Below, one piece after another: positions 34,653 through 46,900 of a stretch of DNA of 64,000 bases. Made by a program: the position numbers and the translations under genes. Numbering within the stretch: the stretch's first letter is position 1; every line of letters begins with the position of its first letter. The notes under the pieces are model-generated. The model was not told where the DNA came from. It made no database searches and was given only the letters and a program-made list of their open reading frames with translations. The DNA is from Eledone cirrhosa (taxonomy: Eukaryota), in contig OZ024746.1 of the NCBI GenBank assembly GCA_964016885.1, forward strand, positions 60,574,001 through 60,638,000, written 5' to 3'.

Positions 34653-35343
34653 TCTTAACTTCCTCATTATTCTTTCTACCTCCTTCTCCTCACATTCTTT
34701 CACTGCTGTAAGTAATTGCCTTTAAATCTCCCTTTTGATCCTTTGTTCTTTATTCTCTCTCTCTCTCCCTCTCCCTCTCCCTCTCTCTATAATATATATA
34801 TATATATATATCCTATTTTTATTTTTCATTAATGTCTCTCTCTTCCCAGCTTCCTTTGTTATTGTCTCTCTCCTCTGTCATCTCAACTTCTTACCCACTT
34901 TCCCCCTCTCTCTTCTCTACCATTTCTGTTACCCCCCCCCCCCTCTCTTTCTCTTTCTCTCTTCTGCTGTCTGTATGCCATCTCCATTTATTTTATCCAT
35001 CCTTGTCTCTCTCTTTCTATTTCCCTACTGATACCTCTTTTCTAATCTCTTCTATTTTTTTCACACCCCACCATGGACTCCCATCAAATTTCTTACTTTT
35101 TTTGCGTTCTTTCTTCATTACAAACCTTTTCCCATAAATTCTTCGTCAATATATGTTATCCTCTCACCTCTCCATTTTGTAAAGAGAACAAAAATCTATC
35201 CACTTCTGTCGTCTATCGTCTATCTTTCATTGTCCCCTCTCTCCTGCCTCGCTATATATCGCCTTTATCTCTCAACCATCTCTCTATCTTCCTACTATTC
35301 TCGCATCTCTCTCCCTGATTCTCTTGTCTTTTTCGTCTCTTCC

Positions 35344-35422
<79 letters not shown>

Positions 35423-35423
<1 letters not shown>

Positions 35424-35552
35424 CATGAAGAAATACGGAATATTGAGGGGATATATATATATATGAAAACAGTCAGGACCCCGACGGCTGAGCTCCGGTC
35501 GTTTCGACAGCTATATATATATATATCCTCAATATTCCGTATTTCTTCATGT
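35423..35552. repeat. 26-bp inverted repeats enclosing (TA)n and a fragment of the palindromic family
   Basis: ACATGAAGAAATACGGAATATTGAGG / CCTCAATATTCCGTATTTCTTCATGT. Confidence 0.85.
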
Positions 35553-35581
35553 AATCTATTCCTTTCACCACACCTCTGCAG

Positions 35582-35617
<36 letters not shown>

Positions 35618-36153
35618 ACTCTCTCTCTCCCCATCTCTCTTTCTCAAAGACTTCCTTTTATTTATCTAGTTGTTTTCCTTCCTTTTTCGCAGTCTTTTCT
35701 TTCCTTTTCTCATCCCTCTATCCTCTTCTATGTATCTCGCTCTTTTTCTCCTTTATTTACTACTATCTCTCTCTGTTACCCTTTAAATTCCTATTACCTC
35801 TTTACCCCCCCCCCCCATATACTCCTGATACCTTTCTTTTTCCTGCTCGACTGTTTTGTCTTTTAGTCTAGTCTTTCAGCCTCTTTGTTTGCTGTCCCTT
35901 ATCCTTCTCTACATCTCCCCTTCCTTTTCTAGCCCCTTTCTCTTCCGCTATCTATCTATCTTTCTGCTAACCTTTTTTTTTTTCACATTCCTTATTCACT
36001 CCTCCCGAATTTTTCGCTTTCCTCCCCGCAACATATTTAAAGCATCTTTCTTCTTCTCTACATTTTCATCCTCCTCCTCTCTCATTTATTTATAGCCTTT
36101 TTTTACTACTTCTTCCTCTTCAGCCCCCCCCCCCCTCTCTCTCTCTATATATA

Positions 36154-36501
36154 TAACGAAGGAGGTGTGGTAAGGAACCAGGTGGACCATAACGCCCCAG
36201 AGTACTCAATAGGACGGCTATTTCTGGACCAGAAATAGCCGTCGAAACGGCTTGAGCTCTGCCGTCGGGGTTATACATTTTCCTATATATATATATATAT
36301 ATATATCATATAGGGTGTGGTAATAAAAACCAGGCGGACCATAGCCCACCAGAGTACCCGATACTTGGTGTAGTAGAGTAGGTAATATGACAAGATTCAG
36401 GACCCCGACGGCTGAGCTCCGGCCGTTTCGACAGCTAAATCCGAACAGTTTGGATTTAGCTGTCGAAACGGCCGGAGCTCAGCCGTCGGGGTCCTGAATC
36501 T

Positions 36502-36502
<1 letters not shown>
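36154..36502. mobile_element. Two tandem members of the (TA)n-embedded palindromic family
   Basis: 36391-36502 is a hairpin with arms of about 50 bp (AAGATTCAGGACCCCGACGGCTGAGCTCCGGCCGTTTCGACAGCTAAATCC). 36154-36283 matches 12034-12200. Confidence 0.8.
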
Positions 36503-36536
<34 letters not shown>

Positions 36537-37539
36537 TATATATATATATTTACTTATTTACGATACATATACACACACACACACACATATAATACAGTCT
36601 CATCTTTCGCTTCATTTGTTATTCATACACACACACATACACTCTGATATATGCATTTCCCCACATAGCATACACAGCTGCATATACATAGACATATGTA
36701 TATATACACACACCAGAGTCCAATTGTATATATAAAGTTATGCAACACTGCACATACATACACACACAGTCATGTAAATTTACACAACACTAGACATTTC
36801 TACATCTGTGCTCTTGGTAAGGTGTTTACATACACACATATACACGGTGAACATCGCACATACAATCTATCAACAGCACATTAACGTGCACAGGAATACA
36901 TAAAACATATACATACACACACATGCATACAGTAAACAAAACATATATATATATATATATACAGACACAAGCACGTATGAATAAAACATACATATACACA
37001 CGTGCGTACATAAAACATACATATACACACATGCATACATAAACACATGTGTGCATGCAAACCCGCTTGCAAACATAAAATGCACATACACACTCACACA
37101 TGCACATATGAAACAAATAAACACACATCCATACATAGAACATACAGACGCACATACATAAAATATACATACATATACACGCATGCAACACACGCACATT
37201 CAATTGTCACCTGTACAAGATGCCAGAATCATAACATCGTTTGTTGATTAAAAAAAAATCACTAAATCCATACTTTCACATAATCTCTTCTTTCTCCTCT
37301 CATTGCAGTCATTGTCATTGTTATTCTGTCGTTCTACGTTTTTCTTCTTCTTTTTCTCCCTCTCATCTTACTTTCTTTCTCTGTTTCTCTTTACTCTGTA
37401 TTTTATATCCGTGCGTTCCCTTACTCGTATTTCCCACACCATCATCATCATCGTTATCATCATAATCACCATCACCACGCCTTGCTCAAACGTTCCTCAT
37501 TTAAGCATGATTTCTACAGTTGGATGCTCTTTCTAGCAC

Positions 37540-37860
37540 CAACCACTTTGTAGGGTGTACTGTGTGGACTTGACAGTGGCACCAGCACTACCACTTTGCA
37601 GAGTTTACTGGGTGCATTTTATTGTAGTACCAGTACTACCACTTTACAGAGTGTACTGGGTGTAATTTATCGTCTCACCAGCCCTACCACTTTACAGTGT
37701 GTAGTAGGTGCATTTTCACGAGCACCAGCGCTACCATTTTACAGAGTACACTGAGCACATTTTATAGTGGCACCAACACTAGAGAGGCTGTCATGTCCTC
37801 ATTTATCGTCGCACCAGTAGTAGAGAAACTGTCATGTATTAATTTATCTTGACACCAGCA
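37540..37860. repeat. About 47-bp tandem repeats in an RTE/SINE 3' UTR
   Basis: ACCAGCACTACCACTTTACAGAGTGTACTGGGTGCATTTT-like units. Related arrays at 28240-28400, 44920-45310 and 50200-50500. Confidence 0.75.
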
Positions 37861-38349
37861 ACAGATTAAACTTTAAATTTTCTCTTATACCATTCTCAGA
37901 GACCCTTCCTTTCTTCTAGTGACTTTGGTGAAAGTCCCGCTATGTTGCAAGAATTCAAACCTGCCACTACTACCGCCCACCCTTGCTTTGAGGACACCGC
38001 AATCCTTAGGTACAAACTAGTTCATAATCTCGAAAATGGTCACCCATAATTAGAGCCAATAAAAAGAAGGTTTAGCTGGTGCATCGATCCAGGGCCTCGG
38101 GGAACCAAGGAGACCACTCGTCCCCAAAAATTTCAAACGCCTCCCCTCTCTTAAAAACATCATTCAGTCCCTTTGAAATTTTAAGAGAGCTTCTCCGTCC
38201 TCATCCTCAATGCCCAATTTAGTCTTGTTCTCCTTGCAAAATTTTCCCCAACGACCTTAACTGTGACCAATCCTGTTCACCTTTGTAGGTCTCATGAGAC
38301 TATGGATCAATGCTTGGAAAATTCCTCTCCAAGTTCCAAGTTTGAGCAA

Positions 38350-38405
38350 AGTTATATATACATATATATAACTTGGCTTAAACCACATACATACATACAT
38401 ACATG

Positions 38406-38468
<63 letters not shown>

Positions 38469-38619
38469 ACATACATACATACATACATACATATATACAT
38501 ATATATATAGCAGTGGTGGTTTGAGCCAAGTTATATATATATATATATAACTTGGCTTAAACCACATACATACATACATACATGCATACATACATACATA
38601 CATACATACATACATACAT

Positions 38620-38659
<40 letters not shown>

Positions 38660-38680
38660 ACACACACACACATACATACA

Positions 38681-38745
<65 letters not shown>

Positions 38746-38769
38746 CAGTGGTGGTTTGAGCCAAGTTAT
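38350..38769. mobile_element. Two tandem microsatellite-filled MITE-like units in (TA)n
   Basis: TIRs AACTTGGCTTAAACCAC / GTGGTTTGAGCCAAGTT bracket (CATA)n(CA)n(TA)n twice. Confidence 0.7.
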
Positions 38770-38927
38770 ATATATATATATATATTGGAATTTCGTTTTT
38801 CTAAAGAAATACGGAAAGTTTATAAATAAACATTTAGAAAGCCGCAACTATGCCTTAGCATAGAGTGCTGATTTGGGCACCCGTCTCAGTAAACTACGAA
38901 TCTACTGAACCACCTATTATTTATATA

Positions 38928-39287
38928 CAGTTGTCCCCCGGTATTTGCGGGGGTACGTTCCTAGAGTATCCACGAAGAGTTAAAAACCGCGAATATTGGA
39001 CGCAGTCCATAAAAATTCCTATAAACATCAAAATATAAAGTAAAATATAAAAAAAAAAGGGACCATCTTATGCGAAGGGCCATCCAATAGGCCAGCAAAT
39101 ACGGTATATTGTTATTAATAATTTAGCATTAAAAATATAGATATATTGCCACGAAAAAGCCATTAAAAAATCGCGGAAGTTATTTACGATTCCGCGAATA
39201 TGCAGTGGTTTCCACGAACAATTATTAGTTAGGTTCCTAGGAAAATTTCGTGAATAACCGGGACCACGAATGCCGAGGGGTACACTG
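38928..39287. mobile_element. Tigger/pogo-type MITE
   Basis: TA|CAGTTGTCCCCCGGTATTTGCGG...CCACGAATGCCGAGGGGTACACTG|TA, with internal CGCGAATA repeats. Confidence 0.75.
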
Positions 39288-39395
39288 TATAGATATTCAG
39301 CTCCACACACTCATTGAGCAAGAGCAAGAATACTGGGGGTAGCCACAGTAAGTAAGGTACTTAATACATAGCAGAGTATAAATATTTAATATAGA

Positions 39396-39495
39396 AATGA
39401 CTTCTACAGGACTAGAACTGTTTCATACGGAAGAAATCATCAGGGCTTTCCTGATGATTTCTTCCGAATGAAACAGTTCTCGTCCTGTAGAAGCC

Positions 39496-39498
<3 letters not shown>
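39396..39498. repeat. Palindrome (49-bp arms, 3 mismatches) with hammerhead-like cores
   Basis: CTGATGA-TTTCTTCCGAAT-GAAAC-AGTTCTC-GTC on the plus strand and its mirror on the minus strand. Abuts (TA)n. Confidence 0.8.
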
Positions 39499-39568
<70 letters not shown>

Positions 39569-39959
39569 AACAGTCGCCCATGCATGCAAGTTTACACTCC
39601 TTACGTCCCAGATGTTGTCCAAAGGAAAGTAATGGCCGATGCAACTTGGCACCAATGACGACACAGATGATCTCAGAACGCAAAAAGAGATAACACAAGA
39701 CACACGTCCAACACTTTGACAATTCCCCTAATCCACTGCCCTCTACTAGTTCTTTATTTTATCGACCTCCCAAAGGATAAAAGGCACTGTTGACCTCGGT
39801 GTAATGTGAACCTAAGAACAGAAACAGCCTGAAGAAATACGCAAAGCATTTTGTCGGACGCCGTAATGATTCTGCCTTGTGTCATTACATCGTAATAGCA
39901 CCACCAGCACCAGCATAAACACACAAAGTACATATAACCTTCGAGAACTTGCAACAACA

Positions 39960-40760
39960 CTGCGGCAAGAAAGAGCTGCAGTAACGACAACAGCAACATT
40001 AATGATAGCTGCAACAACGACAACAGCAACACCTAAACCAACAACACAACGACAACCACCACAACAACAACCGCAAAGACAATGAACAATAGCAACAATA
40101 ACCAACACAACAGCAACTGCAATGACAACGAACAACAACAACTACGACTACCACCGCAACAACAATAATAACAGTAACACCAAAAAACCAATAACACAAC
40201 GACACACCCACCACCACCACAACAACAACAACTGCAATGACAACAAACAACAATAAGGACGACTACCACCACCATTACAACAACATTGACAACTGCAATG
40301 ACATCGAACAACAACGACAACAACAAAAACATTAACAATAGCTGAGGCATTGACACCTGCAGCAGTCAATATTAACTACAATAGGCTCGGCTTTGAGAGT
40401 GGCGGCGGTGATGGTTGTTGCCGTGATGATTTTGATGATGGTGGTTGTGGTGGTGGTGGTGGTGGTAGCCACAGGTCAGTCATGACCATCCTGTCTCTTC
40501 CTAGACTAGAAACTCTGGTTTTCAAAGTATGCTGCATTGTTTGCAACGTTAATGTGTAATTATTTGAAAATTTGGCTGCTATTTCTAGCAAATTATGCGC
40601 CTGTATAGAGGCTCCTCTGTTGCTCAATGTAGTGGAGTGGGTAATGGTGATGGTAGTAGTAGTGATGGGGGTGATGGTGGTTGTGGTGGAGGTGGTGGTG
40701 GTGGTGGTAATGATGTTTGTTGATGGAGTTTGTGGTTGTGTAGTGATGAAGTTAATGATG
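39960..40760. repeat. (AAC)n and (GGT)n low-complexity tracts
   Basis: Visible directly. Confidence 0.85.
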
Positions 40761-41554
40761 TGGTTTAGCCTCAAGTCAATCTTAATCGAGTTCAGTTATG
40801 ATTCAAAGATGTAGCCATGCCTATCCTGTCTTTTATACAGATATTTTGTGTATCTAGGATTACATTATCTATTGTTACCTTACTTTTTTTAAGATGGTTG
40901 GCTATGAATTGAGGGAGATTTGGCTGCTATGTACCATACTTAGAATAAGGTATGGGTTGGCATCAGGAAGGGCATCTGAACCAAGAAAAACCTACCAGAA
41001 AAGAGATCTTGTCCAATTGAAACAAGAAAATATAAATATGATGATATATATATATATATCCTCATCATAATCGTCATCATTTAACGTCCATTTTCCATGC
41101 TTGCATGGGTTAGACGGGTTGTCACATTATGAGATAAGTCATATCAGGTAACCACGTCTTGCTCATTCTGGTCTATATTTTGGCTTGATTTCTATGGCTG
41201 TATGCCCTTCCTAATGTCAACCATGTTACAGGATGGACTGGGTGATTTTTATTGTATCAAAAGCACAACCACCTTACAAGGTAGACTGGGTGCTTTTTAT
41301 CGTGGCACCCAAATGACTACTTTACAATGTAGACTAGGGATTGGGGTGGAGGTGTAAAGGCATGGGTGAAGAGTGGAGTGATTAGGATGTGGGTGGAGTG
41401 TTTGGGCACATGAGGTATATGGAAGGTGGATGGAGGATAGGGGTTAGGTGGTGTATACTAGATGCATACTTCAACCTGGGCATAAGGGAAGGCAGGTCTT
41501 CTGTATTACTGCATAATGTCAAAGATCTTGATCCTGTGTCATCGCCTTTGAGCT

Positions 41555-41990
41555 AAAATAAGAACAAGGTGGAAAACGTTTAGGGCACTACTACCTCTGT
41601 TGACAGCAAAAGGTTTCTCTCTATGAAGAAAAGGCTGACTGTATGAAGCCTATGTATGAAGTGCAATGTTGCATGGTAGTGAGTCGTAGGCAGTGAATGC
41701 AGAGGACATGTGAAGGCTGGAAAGAAATGAAGTGAGTATGCTACATTAGATGTGCAATGTGTATGAATGACAAAAGGCAGATAAACTGAGAGAAAGATAG
41801 ATATAAGAGGAATTAGATGTAATGTGCAGGAGAGAAGACTGCATTGTATGGATGATGATCATTTGGGTGAAGAAGTGCCAAGAAATCCTAGTGGAAAGAA
41901 GCTGCAGTAGAGAGAAATGGAAAAAAACCTGAGTAGAAGTTCTGAAAGCTGATCTCAAATCGCTGAAACTCACAGAGGAGATAAGGAAAT
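41555..41990 (+). mobile_element. RTE-clade fragment, degenerate
   Basis: ALLPLLTAKGFSL, LHGSES and LERNE motifs, with stops. Confidence 0.7.
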
Positions 41991-42165
41991 TATGATGGTG
42001 ATTATGATGATATAATGTATTTCATATTACTAAGTGAAGTGACAGTTAATTGCAATACAAGTTTTACCTAGTAACTAGCCACAACTGCAGTTGTGATCAT
42101 CCATTAAGAGAAACCTGTAGTATAATTAACTGTCACTTATTGATGTAAAACACATATATGATTAA

Positions 42166-42386
42166 CCCTTTAGCATTTACATTACTCTATATTTACTATT
42201 GTATTTCCATGGTAAAGGCTTTATCTTACATAATTATCTCACATAATATCGAATCTATGAGATTTTGATATTATTTATTTTGAGAACAATACCTTAACAT
42301 AAGTATAAGCAGCCGGTCATGACTGGTTTGAACAGAAAGAGGTGAGATCATTTTGGCTGGATATGGCCGCTTTAAATGCTGAAGGG
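42166..42386. mobile_element. piggyBac-like MITE
   Basis: TTAA|CCCTTTAGCATTTA...TAAATGCTGAAGGG|TTAA. Confidence 0.88.
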
Positions 42387-42645
42387 TTAAGGATATTCAG
42401 CTTTAGAAAACTTGCCAAACAAAGGGAGGAGAGGACTCTTTAGTTGTGTAAAGGACATAACAACCTCCCTAGTGTTGCTGCAGCAATAAAATGTACCCTT
42501 GGCCTGTCCGAGAGGGCAGTAGCTCTGATTAAATACGACATGGTCTGTGATGACCTGACCAACCCAAGGAAAAGTAGCAGTTAAATAATAATATACATAT
42601 TACATCACTGTAGACAATAATTTCATCATTATTATTATATACAGG

Positions 42646-42835
42646 TTGGTGGATTGGCAGTATCGGTAGAGGATCGGACGCCATGCTTTGACGCATAGGG
42701 TTACGGCCCTTGCCATTCTGAGTTCAAATCCCTCCGACGTTAACTTTGCCTTTCATCCTTACGGGGTCGATAAAATAAAGTACCAGTAATACACTGGGAT
42801 AATTGCTGGCCTTGTGCCAAAAGTAGAAACAATTA
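42646..42835 (+). mobile_element. Meta/MESC-like SINE, near full length, with TSD
   Basis: TGGCAGTATCGG A-box and GAGTTCAAATCC B-box. ATTATTAT(A/G)TACAGGTTG is duplicated on both sides. Abuts the MITE at 42843-42941. Confidence 0.85.
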
Positions 42836-43214
42836 TTATGTACAGGTTGTCTCAAAAAATGTATACACACTTTGATTACCTGTACAAACAATATTTATTA
42901 GAATGCTGTTGAAGTGTGTATACATTTTTGGGGACACACTGTAATTGAACATATATGTAATTGCTGTAAATGTGTATTATGTATTTAGCTCCATATACTG
43001 TTATGTGTGGCAGAAACCTTATATGGTCCAGAAAAATGAATTTTCTCTGGGTATTTGTTCTTAGTTTCTGATATTTCTGCATGTGTCTGAGCCATCTGTA
43101 CAAAGCCCTTTCAAAATCAAATAAATGCCAAGAAAATGGAATAATCTCATCTACCATCAGGTGTTGATTGAGCAAGTCCAGATTTATCAACTTGTGATGC
43201 ATTTGGACAATGAT

Positions 43215-43935
43215 GATGATGACGAATTTCTAATATATCAAAGCCCTGATTCCACCAGGGAAATGGTCTTGTTCAGGATGCAGGAAAGGAATAGGTAGAA
43301 AGTTCATTCTATGTATTAAATGTAAGCTATAGGTACACAAAAGGTGTAACACGATATCAGCATGGCTAGCAAAGAATGAAGGCTTTGTATGTGGTACATG
43401 CACAGGAACAGTAAACAGCATGAGCTCACAGGAAACAAGCTCTATCAAATTCTTAGAGGTTTCCATAGAAACAGTTGACAGCTTCTGTTACCTGAGTGAC
43501 AACATTAGCAAGTGGAGGTGGATGTTCTGAAAGTACAACTATCAGGGTGAAAACAAGGAGCTACTACTACTGCTAGCTATAAAAGGGGTTTTCCTCAAAA
43601 TAAAAGGCAGGTTGTATGATGCTTGTATGTAACTGTATGGAAGTGTGGCTTGAGTTGTGTGTGCAGAGGAACTACGAAGATTGGAATGAAATGAGGGCAA
43701 GCTTGCTCCAATGGACGTGCAATAGTAGTGTACATAAATGATGAAGCATCAATGAACTGAGAGAGAAACTAGGCATATGAGGGGTCAGATGCAGTGTATG
43801 GGAGAGGAGATTGCAGTGGTATGGACATGTGGTGCATATGGAGGATGACAACTACATAAATTTGGAAAATACAGAAAAGGAACATCTAGAAAGCTTGTGA
43901 TGATGTAATAAAATCTGACCTCATGAAATTAAACC
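43215..43935 (+). mobile_element. RTE-clade fragment with Cys-rich insert, degenerate
   Basis: GKWSCSGCRKGIG, GFVCGTCTG, VDSFCYL and ERRLQWYGHV motifs. Confidence 0.75.
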
Positions 43936-43937
43936 TC

Positions 43938-44385
43938 TCTTCTTCATCTTCACCCACTTATTCCTGAGAGGATCATGGGGACAGGGTCCTCAAACACCCC
44001 TTCCAGCGGGTCCTGTTAGAAGTAACCATTTCCAATTGAATCCCCAAGCGAGACCAGCCAAGCTCAAGGATGTTATCCACCCATCTTGCTTGAAGTCTAC
44101 CGACGGGTCTCCTGCCAGTTGGTTTTGCCTGTAAAATCTGTCCAACAATTCTTTTCAGAGGCATTCTAACCACATGCTTATAGTATCAGAGCTGTGATCT
44201 CTCAATTTGGAGAAATAGCGGCTCTACCTGGAGTAACTCTCTGATCTCTGAGCTACGTACCCTATCAAGTAACGTTATTCCAAAGAGCCTTTGAAGGAAC
44301 CCCCATTTTGGCTGCTTGTATTCGTTATCGTATTCGTTCGGTCATTACCCAAGATTCATGACCATAGGGAAGGGTTGGCATGAAT
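43938..44385 (-). mobile_element. Rex3-like RTE 3' end with (AAG)n tail
   Basis: YGHESWVMTERIR..QILQAKPTGRRPVGR..LGWSRLGI. Relatives at 59115-59492 and 50530-50880. Confidence 0.8.
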
Positions 44386-45649
44386 ACCTCTCAACAGAGA
44401 TAATGCAGGATTAAGTACTCTGGAAATATGCTGTACTGCAGAAAACCCACCTGTGTATATGTATAGGATGAAACAAACATGAAAAGGGTAAATTACACAA
44501 TCTCCCTTATACACCTTCCCCAATTTAGTACTCTCCTACTCCCTCATTATCTAAGTGCTAACCCTAGACCTCCCACACACTTCCTCCATCTCCACCTTGT
44601 ACATCCAACAACATAGACAGCCTTCATCCACCATTGTCAAACTCTTTCCACCCCATTTTCATCCCCCTACTGCCCAACCCATACCAATATACAAAAGACA
44701 GAAGCCCCACCATCCATCCCCTGCCAACCAAAATGTTTGGTTATGTTGAGGAAGGGCATCCAGTTAGAGGCCATGCCAAAACCAAAACAGAATGTATGAA
44801 CCAGACATGGTCTCCTGTCTGGCATGGGGAAATAGATGTCTAGTGATGATGATGAGATACTCCCTTCCCCACTCGTCATACACCTTTCCTGTCAAACCCA
44901 TGTGTTCATACACGAAAAGCTGGGCACATTCCACACCAGGTGCCATGACAAAATGCATCCAGTCCAGCATGTACAGGGATCGAGTTGGTGCCATGACAAA
45001 AAAGCACCAAGTCCACCCTGTTAAGTGGTTGTCCTGGTGCCATGATGAAAATCACCCAGTTCACCTGCTAAGTGGTTGTCCCGGTACCCTGATGAAAAAT
45101 ACCCAGTCCACCCTGTAAAGTGGTTGTTCTGGTGCTATGACAAAAAGCATCCAGGCCACCCTGTTAAGTGGTTATCCTGGTGCCATGACAAAAAGCACCC
45201 AGTCCACCCTGTTAAGTGGTTGTCCTGGTGCCATGATGAAAAGCACCCAATTCACTCTGGAAAGTGATAGGGGTGGTACCACAAAAAAAAAAGCTCCCAG
45301 TACACACTGTTGGATTCTAAGGCTCAACTAACTCAATGTTTCTCGATGCAAGTTGAGTGGTGAGAGAGAAGGAAGAGAAGCAGAGAAAGTGAGAGAGTGT
45401 GTGTGTGAGAGAGAGAGGCAGAGAGAATATAGTGGGGAAAAAATTAGACTGATAGAGGTAGTTAGACAAATATATTTTGGTGTCTGTCTATATGTATGTG
45501 TTTATATATGTATGCATGTATATTTATGTATGTTTGTATCTATGTATGTAAATGTATATATCTCTCTATCCATCTCTTTCAATATCTGTCCTCCTCTCTT
45601 TCACTATACCACTACTGTCATTTTATGTCTATTGCTTACATACTTACAT

Positions 45650-46900
45650 AAGCTAGACAGATCTTCTCCAATACTGCATCCGTCTACTTGTTATATAGTC
45701 CTTTGTCATCTTTGTAATGTTCAACATCTTAAGATCAGCTTTCACTATTTCTTCCCATGATTTTCTCTTCTCTAGTTCTCTTCCACTAAAATCACTTCAC
45801 ACTTCTTTACTCAAATATCATTTTCTATACACACCACACATCCAAGCCAGCAGTCTTGCACACATCTCATTCTTCTCATACCCAGTTTTTGGCTCAGATT
45901 ATGCGCTTGGTCATTTATGCACACTAAAAGTATACATCTAGCTAAGGATGCTCACTTCATTTCTTTCCACCCTTTGCACATCCTCTGTATTCAATGCCTA
46001 TGTTTCATTACCATTATTATACAATCTGGGTGGTGGATTGGCAGTATCGGTAGAGGGTCGGAAGCCATGCTTTGACGCATAGTTACGTCCCTTTACGATC
46101 TGAGTTCAAATCCCGCCGAGGTTGACTTTGCCTTTCATCCTTACGGGGTCGATAAAATAAAGTACCAGTAATGCACTGGGTAATTGCTGACCTTGTGCCT
46201 AAAGTAGAAACAATTATTATACAATCTGTCCTTCATATGAAGAATGAATCTTTTTTTTGCCATCAAGGATAACAATTTACCCAACTTTTTCTATACTATT
46301 GTTATTCTGGCTACTTTGCTCTCAGGTCCTCATTATTGTTGGTGGGTTGGCAGTATCGGTAGAGCGTCGGACACTATGCTTTGTGGCATAGAGTTATGGC
46401 CCTTTACATCTTGAGTTCAAATACCGCCGAGGTTAGCTTTGCCTTTCATCCTTATGGGATCGATAAAATAAAGTACCAATAATACACAGGGGTGGATTTA
46501 ATTGACTTTCCCCTCCCCTTTAAATTGCTGGCCTTGTGCCTAAAGTAGAAACAATTATTGTAATTCAAGCTACTTTGCTCTCAAATCCTCTGCCACCACT
46601 GTTAATTAAGTCACCTAAGTAACAGAAGCTAACAACTACTTCTATGGAACTTTCTGTGAACCCTGAAGGTATTTAGATGAATTCATTTCATGGATGTTGC
46701 CAACTACTCCTGCATTCTACATATAAAGCCCTTCCCTGTCAGCCTACACATCATCCCGCTGCCTCTCTTGTGTAGCCATAGTCTATATTAGCTGCACCCT
46801 ATGGAATTCCTACTTGTACCTTTTCTGCATATCAAGCACAACTAGTTCCCAGATTGCAGTAAAGTCCTGTCTTCTTTCCTGTGTATTTACCACACCCAAA
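45650..46900 (-). mobile_element. RTE fragment interrupted by two SINEs (46027-46215 and 46340-46558, +)
   Basis: RTE motifs (SFCYLGDLINSGG, RVERNE). The first SINE has the TSD ATTATTATACAATCTG. Confidence 0.75.
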
